From NCBI GenBank assembly GCA_951406725.2, contig OX597831.1:64418001-64482000 (forward strand): a DNA stretch of 64,000 bases. Reading direction: 5' to 3'. This DNA comes from Octopus vulgaris (lineage: Eukaryota). This document shows positions 55,965-64,000 of this stretch, piece after piece. The stretch's first letter is position 1. The number at the start of each line of letters is the position of its first letter. A program made the position numbers and the translations under genes. The notes under the pieces are model-generated. The model was not told where the DNA came from. It was given only the letters and a program-made list of their open reading frames with translations, and ran no database searches.

Positions 55965-57476
55965 CATTTATGACATAAATTATGTTTTCAGAGGCACAAG
56001 TAAAATTAGATTTGATCTTGAATTTCTGTCCCTCTTTGAAGAGGAATTCTGATCCTTCTAGTAGGTTTGGAGATGTTGCACAGTTCGGTCTACCATATTT
56101 TTTTACTTTTGCATCCGTAATTTCAGAAAACAATTTTGCCTTTGTGAGAATCTTTTTAAGTGATTTAGGTTGTTTGTAGCTTTTAATGATTTGGTGTGTG
56201 TTTAGAATTTCCTTTAATTTGGGGTCCTGATGAAGTATTGGTAAATTCTGGGTGATGATGGTGAAGGCTTCTTTGTTTCTGGGGTTGTATGTGGATATGT
56301 AAGGTAGTATTTTCGGGGAAGGTGTGTTGTTGTGTTGAACTTTTCTCAAAGTTTCTATGTTGATTTCTGTTGCACGTCTGATCCCATCCTCTATGAGTTG
56401 AGCTGGGTAATGTCTGTCAATTAGGGTGTTTTTGAGTTCTTGCAGTCTAAAGTTCCTGGTATTTTGTTCTGACACTATTGTGCATATCCTTTTTGCAAGG
56501 TTGAAGGGGATGTTTGTTTTAGTGTGTATTGGGTGGCATGAATCAAAAAGTAGGTATTGTTTGACATCTGTGGCTTTGTAAAAAATGTCTGTTTCTATTT
56601 TAAGGTTAATTGTTTTTAATTAGTATATCCAAGAATGGGAGCTCCTTTTTGTTGTATTCCATTGTGAACTGTATATTTGGGTTTATGCTGTTCAATAGGT
56701 TTTTGAATTTTAGGAGTTTATCTGTGTTTTCATTCCAGAGTATAAAACAATCGTCCAGGAATCGTTTCCAATTCTCTTTTATGTATTGAGAGAGGGGTTT
56801 CCAAAGATTGATAAAGATTCCTGGTAAATGATTATTTCCAGGTAGCCCATTGTTAGGTTCGCAATGACTGGTGCTGCCCTTGTACCCATAGCAATTCCGG
56901 ATTTTTGACGGTAAAATGTATTGTCAAACTTGAAGTGGTTATTATGTAGGATGAATTCAATTGATTTAGTAATGAATTCTTTACTGATCCTTTTTAGTAT
57001 TTCTTCTGGAAATTGGTCCAGCCAGAACTGTATTGCCTCTGGTCCATAATTATGAGGTATACTGGTATATAAGTTAACTACATCAAATGAAACCATGATT
57101 GTTTCTTCCTTGGCTTTTTTTGGAAGGTGGTTTAACATATCTAAGTCATCTCTGATATGGCTATCGATATGTTTAAGGAAGGGTTTCAGGAGGATGTCCA
57201 TAAATAGACTTAGTCTGTGTGTTTCACAGGTTGGGCCAGCTACAATGGGTCGTAGTTTTAGGTCACCCGGGTTAGGTGTGTGTATGTATGTCTTTGGTGA
57301 TTTTTTAATGGTTTCATTTATAATTTGGCTTTTATGAATTTTTGGCAGACCATAGAGGCTAGGTTTGCATTTAAAGTTTGTTAGAAAGTCAATCTCTTTG
57401 GTTGTTAGTTCCTTTTCATGGATTTTAATTAGTGAAGATAGAGTTTACATTATTTTTTGTGGGGTGTAGTTGGTGT
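55965..57476 (-). mobile_element. Penelope-like (Neptune-type) RT, inverted segment
   Basis: LYGLPKIHK, LRPIVAGP, SFDVVNLYTSIP, GIAMGTRAAP, WKRFLDD, linker NFTCASENIIYVI. Confidence 0.92.
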
Positions 57477-58120
57477 CTCTGAAAACATAATTTATGTCAT
57501 AAAATGCTCGGGCTGCCACCAAAACTACGTGGGGTCCACGGGACTATCACTCAGACGTAGATGCACACTGCATCGACAACAGATTGCATTCCCAGAATAC
57601 AGAATGATACCCTTTAGTGAGCACATTGAGAAATGCGCAAAGCAACTACTACCACAATTTTTAATCTTTCCATTTTATCAATGTGCTATCGGAACACCAA
57701 CACAAATTAGGCTAAACAAGGAAACATTCTTCATTGAAAAATACAAGCCCAAACTTAACCATTCCAACATTCTTATACAGAGAAACTCACTCCAAAAGAA
57801 AAGCAAGAAATATTAAGCAATTATCTCCCTTACACCGGAAGAAATCACTTATTACATCCCCTTATCTGGAACTCTCTTTTACTCTCCTTCACACTTCTCA
57901 ACGTAAACATAACGATGTAAGAAATTTGAAAAGCTGAACGCGAAACCGGTCTTTCTTCAAAAACTATGTCATTGTAGGAAAAAAATTTATAACATTCTTC
58001 AGACATAATGACTCAAATATATATTTTTTAACCTTCTAAAACAAGCCTTCTGTAGTTTTTTCACTTTTTACTATTTTCTATATATTCAACCACGTGCTTT
58101 CACACACCAACTTTCTCACC
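57477..58120 (+). mobile_element. Same Penelope-like element: GIY-YIG endonuclease + pLTR
   Basis: SENIIYVIKCSGC..YVGST..LRRR..H..RLNKE.FFI..PKLN. Confidence 0.9.
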
Positions 58121-58140
58121 TATATATATATATATATATT

Positions 58141-58552
58141 ACTCTTTACTCTTTTACTTGTTTCAGTCATTTGACTGCGGCCATGCTGGAGCACCACCTT
58201 TAGTCGAGCAAATCGACCCCGGGACTTATTCTTTGTAAGTCCAGTACTTATTCTATCGGTCTCCTTTGCCAAACCGCTAAATGACGGGGACGCAAACACA
58301 CTAGCATCGGTTGTCAAGCAATGCTAGGGGGACAAACACAGACACACAAACACATACACACACACACATATATATATATATACATATATATATGACAGGC
58401 TTCTTTCAGCTTCCGTCTACCAAATCCACTCGCAAGGCATTGGTCGGCCCGGGGCTATATTAGACATTTGCCCAAGGTGCCACGCAGTGGGACTGAACCC
58501 GGAACCATGTGGTTGGTTAGCAAGCTACTTACCACACAGCCACTCCTGCACC
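58141..58552 (-). mobile_element. SINE A full length
   Basis: Reverse complement of 60271-60657. Confidence 0.9.
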
Positions 58553-59312
58553 TAAGTGAAAGAACTCTGGCCGAAATAAGATTAAGATATATATATATAT
58601 ATATTGTTTTTTTTTCGATTTATTATTATTATTACTAGTATTGTTGTTATACATACATACAAGCATATGTAATGATAATAATAAGTGGATGTAAACACAT
58701 GAACAAAATAAGAATAAACAAAAACAACAACAACAAAAACAAAATACAAATTACATGAACGTATATAAACAGAAGATACAAATATTACAGGCATCCCCAC
58801 ACATACACACACTAAATAAACATAGACGCACATAGAGATATAAGCATGCACAAATGAAGACATACAATAGAAATACAAAATGGCTGACGGTTAGTAGGGA
58901 GAAAAACAAATAAGAAAGAAGAAAACAAAGGACCACTGATGCAGTCACAGGAGTGTGACAAAAGAACCTGGCCGAAATGAGATTATGATTAATGTAAAAA
59001 ATAAATAACACTGAAGCAAAATAACACCAAATATATAGTGTGTGTGTTTTTATTGGCTAAACAGGCAAATCAGATCGCCATGTTGATTCGCTAGCCTCTG
59101 CACGCATTTTTTTTCTCTCCTTCTTTCTGTGTTTCTTCTCTGTGTATCTTTCTGTTGAACAGCGTAGGCTCGAAACGTTAAAGACTTATTTTATTTATAT
59201 ACCTGAGCGCCATACTAATACAATTGTTTGTTTGTATTCCACCTGCCTTCGTCTTTTGTTTATTTCCGTAAACCTGCCTTTGTCTTTTGTCTATTTTCAT
59301 AAAGCTTCCTGT

Positions 59313-59343
<31 letters not shown>

Positions 59344-59354
59344 GTATATATATA

Positions 59355-60060
59355 TATTTCATTTCATTTCATTTGAGTTTGAGTCCATGCTCAGGCCAAG
59401 TCGAAGACTCCACCCTCAGAGTCTGGTGTGGTTGCCAGGTTGTATTCTCTGTTTAATTTTGACATGTGTAGGAGCGAGTTTGAGTCAGTTTGTGCTCGTT
59501 GTGTATATCCTGGGAGATGGGGTTCATCTCTAATGGTGCTTAAGTATCTATCAGCTGCAATTTGAATGATTCCACACTGCATCCTGATAGATTTCTGACA
59601 TGTACTGGAATGGAGTTGAATAGTTGTGCTCCTCAAACCAACAGACTTGATTCTCGCAGGGTTTTTGCTGCCTGGCCAGCCTTTTTGTTGATTGGTGGTA
59701 GCTGGCAGCATCTTCCGTGGCGCAGTGAGTGGTAGGTTTTGATACCAAAGTTTGGGACCTTTTGCTCTATCATTTTCCAAATGTATATAATTCGGTATCG
59801 CTCAAATCTTCTTTCTATTGAGTACATCCTCAAGGTTTTGAGTCTTTGCCAATAGTCCAGGTCCCTCGTTTCTGAGAAGTATGAGGTAAAATTTCTTTGG
59901 AGCGATTCCATCTTAGATAGTTGGCCCTTTGTTGTTGGTGACCACAACTGAGAACAGTAGTCAATCCTCGGAAGTATCATACTGGTCCAGAGGGTTTTCA
60001 TTGTTGAGGTATCTCTTGATTTGAAGGTGCGCAAGATCCACCCGCTGTACTTTCTTGCAG
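59355..60060 (-). mobile_element. CR1/Jockey-group LINE 3' end
   Basis: WILRTF..PRIDYCSQLWSP..ESLQRNFT..DYWQRLKTLRMYSIERR; (atgaa)n tail. Confidence 0.88.
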
Positions 60061-60164
60061 TAAGACAGACTGTATATATATATAATTATATATTATATAT
60101 ATACATATATATGTACATATATATTTATAGATTATATACATACCTATACATGTATTTATATATG

Positions 60165-60195
<31 letters not shown>

Positions 60196-60216
60196 ATGTA
60201 CATGCTCATACAGGGT

Positions 60217-60270
<54 letters not shown>

Positions 60271-60273
<3 letters not shown>

Positions 60274-60657
60274 AGCAGGAGTGGCTGAGTGGTAAGAAGC
60301 TCGCTTCCCAAACCCATGGTTCCGGGCTCAGTCCCACTGCGTGGCACCTTGGGCAAGTATCTTCTACTATAGCCTCGGGCCGACCAAAGCCTTGTGAGTG
60401 GATTTGGTAGATGGAAACTGAAAGAAGCCCATCGGATATATGTACGTGAGTGTATGTTTGTGTTTGTCCCCCTAGCATTGCTTAGCAACCGATGCTGGTG
60501 TGTTTATGTCCCCGTCACTTAGCGGTTCGGCAAAAGAGACTGATAGAATAAGTACTGGGCTTACAAAGAATAAGTCCTGGTGTCGAGTTGCTCGATTAAA
60601 GGTGGTGCTCCAGCATGGCCGCAGTCAAATGACTGAAACAAGTAAAAAGAGAAAGAG
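60271..60657 (+). mobile_element. SINE A full length
   Basis: tRNA-like A/B boxes, central microsatellite, conserved tail. Confidence 0.9.
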
Positions 60658-60899
60658 AATACACACACACATACACCCACAGGTGTGTGTATATATATGT
60701 GTGTATGTATGGCAGCAACAGTAACAACATAAAGAAGTGCTTTGCTGGTAACATATGCAGGGGCAGTAACATTACCGATGCAACCACCACCACTAACACC
60801 AGCAGCCCTTGCTTTGACATAGCAACAGCAACAGCAGTTACAACTACATCAACAGCAGCTACAGTGGCGTGAACAACAATAATAGGTACAACACCGACA

Positions 60900-61460
60900 T
60901 TGCAAGTCTACAGAAATATATTTGTTGGACCAGAAATTCATTTTCTCAACCATGGATCCTTCAAAGTCCTGGAAAGGAGATACATAACATCGCTGGCCAG
61001 CCACATATGGCAACTAGAAGATGACAGAGTTCCACACTCCATCTTATGGAAAATCCTCAAAAACTCAGACCTCTACATAAATGGGATGAAACGCTGCAAG
61101 CTATGCATAGCTGAATGCATGGGAATCCTAAGGGACTCATTCGAACCAGGGGCAGAATGGAGATTCTTGGGCCATGTTTGCACTTTAGGAGATTTCTACT
61201 GGCCTTTTGGGAACTGCTAGAAGGTGATAGCTAACAGGAGAGGGAGATAATCCCCTATTATTTACCCTCAGCTGAATGATGGCATTATGGTTGGAAGCTA
61301 TTGGCGAAAGGAGATAATTCAGACTTTCCCTTCCATATTTTAAAGAGGTCATAGGTCATCAGGTTTTAGAGTCTGACGATATGCCATAAAATTAAACCCT
61401 TTATGGACAGGAAACCCAGGATAACCCCATAAATCGGCCTTCACCAGGAAAAATATAGAC
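60900..61460 (+). mobile_element. Penelope-like element 3' end (Naiad-like endonuclease C-terminus + hammerhead remnant)
   Basis: TSLASHIWQL..ILWKIL..RCKLCIAE, frameshifted RMEILGPCLHFRRFLL*; CUGACGA..GAAAC at 61373-61415. Confidence 0.65.
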
Positions 61461-61499
61461 CACTCTACTTCTTAGAGTGTGCTTCACTGGATTTATGTT

Positions 61500-61700
61500 T
61501 TTCTAAAAACGATATATATACCTCCTCCAGGCATTTGATGTAGGCCTCTGTGTTCAGTCTGAGACCATGTGGGAATATGAATGGAAGCATAACATTGCCA
61601 TTGCTAGTGATCACTCCAAACACCATGATGTTGGCTGGATGTTTGATTTTTATCACTCTCGGTACATATTTTGGGGACATGGCAAGTCAGTGGTTCTGTG
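61500..61700 (-). mobile_element. Tc1/mariner transposase fragment
   Basis: KHPANIMVFGVITSNG..PFIF..GLRLNTEAYIKCLEEV. Confidence 0.8.
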
Positions 61701-61849
61701 CATTCACCATCTGTTTTTATTGGAGCGTCCGGCACGAATGCCAACCAGTAAGGCATCTCATTTCCAAATTTCTGGCAAAGTAAATTGTGTCATGGTACTG
61801 TTTTTCGCACAGATGGTGCTCAACTGAGCCTAGTATAGTGTGTAATTAA

Positions 61850-61998
61850 CAAAATCAAAAACAAACAATTTAGAATTTTCTCAATAAAGCCAAGAGAAAA
61901 AGATGTTTTATAAACACATTCTACCAGTATACGAAGTTTAAAATTTTTTAGTTACCTAGAAATTATGTTAAAAACTGCCGTTCAAACCGAAAAAATCC
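61850..61998 (-). mobile_element. Merlin-family terminal sequence
   Basis: Reverse complement shares aaacttcgtatactggtagaatgtgt and GG terminus with 40852-40980. Confidence 0.7.
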
Positions 61999-62079
61999 GG
62001 AAGTTTAATTAAATTAAATCAGCAAAGTAAAAGTTTTTGAAAGTTTTCTCCCTTTGAATGAAAGAGAAAGGAAAAAAGT

Positions 62080-62251
62080 AAGCTAAATGAGTCACAAAAG
62101 TTGTGTATATTGACTGATGACGTAGTACACAGAATCTGATGACGATATCATTGTAGCATGGGAAAGTGAAATATCGCGAGTCAGGTTCCAATGTAAAAGC
62201 GATCCTGTCAACAGTTTTGTTATCACTGCTGCTGGCTTTAATATTACAAAC
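62080..62251 (+). promoter_or_regulatory. Candidate VPS37A promoter / 5' UTR
   Basis: TGAGTCA at 62088-62094; ctgatgacg at 62114 and 62136; CpG-containing unique sequence upstream of ATG. Confidence 0.45.
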
Positions 62252-62352
62252 ATGAACTGGTTACTGGGGGGTAAAACTAAAGCCGTTTCTACGACCAATC
62301 TTCAAGCTCAGAAAAACAAGCAAATAGAGTCTTTGAAAAAAGTCAACCCCAA
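62252..62352 (+). CDS. VPS37A: First coding exon, ESCRT-I subunit VPS37A
   Basis: aaacATG; MNWLLGGKTKAVSTTNLQAQKNKQIESLKKVNP resembles recalled VPS37A N-terminus (MSWLF..TSLQQQKQRLIESL); AA|GTAAGA phase-2 donor. Confidence 0.8.
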
Positions 62353-63448
62353 GTAAGAGTCTTTTTTCTTCTTCTTCTTTTTTTCTTTTGACTCGTGTTT
62401 ATATTTCAAACATGGAGATTTATAAACATATTTATATATATTTCTTTCACCCCCGCCTGCAGCGCAGCGATACATCGTTTTAGATTACCACAATCTGGCT
62501 TCCTTTTCGTGATCTTCAAAGATATACTGATGAGATCCAGCAATTAATTGGATCACTGTTTATTTTTGCTGTTTATAACTGAACCATTCTCGTCTTTGGA
62601 TTTTTTGAAATATCTTGTCCACAATCTTATATCACTGGTTGTTTACATCCTGGGCCTGTTCTCTCCACATTTTCTCAAACTGTTGAACGGACGATCACCA
62701 GAAACGAATCAGAAAAAAACATTAATGGCATAATATATATAATATATATATGCAGTTCTTGGTAATTTCCTGACCATTGTATGTGTCAAGAGAAAATATC
62801 TTTACGTGATGTAATCCTATTTATTTTCATGATGTCATTCGTTCATTCTCCTTCTCGCACTTAGACAACATGCAAATATATATTTATAAATATCACGTTT
62901 TGTTTATTCGTTGTTTTGAACAACAGATCAACCCTAACCGTGAACGCCTTTTCCATCTGTGACACCCTTGTCATTATAAGGGCCAAAGATCGGCATTAGG
63001 GGTATCCATGTTTAAGTTACTGGAAGATTTGGCTGCTATTTTCAGCAGGTTGATCGATCACGTAAAGGCTACCTTGTTGGTTAATTTATTTCGTCATTAT
63101 TTAATCGTGTTTATGGGATTAACATCTCTTTATACTTCTTGCGTATTATTATACAGTCACGATTCTAAAATATCTGGGTTTTCTTTAATCAGCGGGGTGG
63201 CCCCTGTATAAAATCGTTCGGGCTGGTAGAAATGGCTGCCAAAATCTCCTTCTGTGTATACCTTATTTATCGTGTGTAAATAAAAGAAGAATACATTTGA
63301 TAATATGGTCCGATGTACTTCTAAAAGACAGGATGGCCACGGCCTACGCAAACTGGACAGGCCTGTTTCTTCTTAGTAAAAAAATAGCATAGCTTTAATC
63401 TGCCCGCTTTCTGCCACTGGTTTTGATCTGATCGTTATTGTAATATAC

Positions 63449-63502
<54 letters not shown>

Positions 63503-64000
63503 CCTACACAGACACATATATAGATATATAAGCCTATATGTATATACATACACACACCCTTTATTCTCCGTGCACGATCTGTTTTATACTTTATAGCTAT
63601 ACTAATTAAATGTGTTTGGTTTTTCCCGAAGTTCCGCTTCAGTATTGTACGAACCAACCAGAAACCTCTACGTTGTTGACCAGCTTGCTAGAAATAACGG
63701 CCAAATCTCCCCCTCGATTGCACGCGAGCACCTTAGATAGCGAAAGGAAAGATTAGCTAATTATATTTTTTTTATATGATTGACAAAGGCAAGATATTCG
63801 GGGGGCTACAAAGTCAGAGCTGACCTGGGGCTAAACATGCCAACAACCTAGTAACCACCAGACCCCCGAGGGAACTTATACGCAGTCATTCAACCTGTTA
63901 GAAATGCGGGTCAACAACGAAATTTAGTAATATTTTGACTGATGTCACATAGCTGCTATTTCTGTGTTGTTTTAGTGCGACCCACAATCCGCATAGATAT

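Noticed and set aside
57925-57956. Hammerhead in Neptune pLTR (cugaacgcgaaaccgguc)
   Set aside because: Palindromic stem III and GUC present, but no stem II or complete core
61275-61310. SECIS element (AUGA..GA)
   Set aside because: Helix II pairs poorly and no in-frame TGA at conserved cysteines
40852-61998. Single 21-kb Merlin bounded by two inverted ends
   Set aside because: Ends are clearly diverged and flanks (caattcct vs ggaagttt) give no TSD
62490-62700. Crypton-like fragment (TSDIRLWTRYF) on minus strand
   Set aside because: Too short and decayed to support without a search

Overview
Eukaryotic, AT-rich, repeat-saturated DNA. The SINE/LINE/Helitron families and (TA)n/(CA)n/(GAT)n microsatellites suggest an octopus (coleoid cephalopod) genome; this is inference from repeat style, no database search was run. 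Most ORFs in the supplied track are microsatellite or satellite read-throughs. Host genes: first coding exon of VPS37A (62252-62352, +) and a tentative small multi-exon minus-strand gene (candidate exons ~35.0-35.4 kb, 27.8 kb, 17.6 kb, 16.3 kb). Transposon relics: RTE, CR1, Tx1, R4/Dong and Penelope-like (Neptune- and Naiad-like) retroelements; Tigger, Tc1, Merlin, a hAT MITE and several Helitrons; at least four SINE families. A ~6 kb array of a 114-bp unit lies beside the Merlin and decays into ~6 kb of probably mis-assembled consensus (49.1-55.0 kb). Unannotated structure worth follow-up: several minimal hammerhead-ribozyme motifs with family-specific core substitutions, many long inverted repeats, a head-to-tail Helitron heterodimer, an inverted (twin-primed-like) Penelope insertion, and an antisense transposase fragment linked to the start of the satellite.
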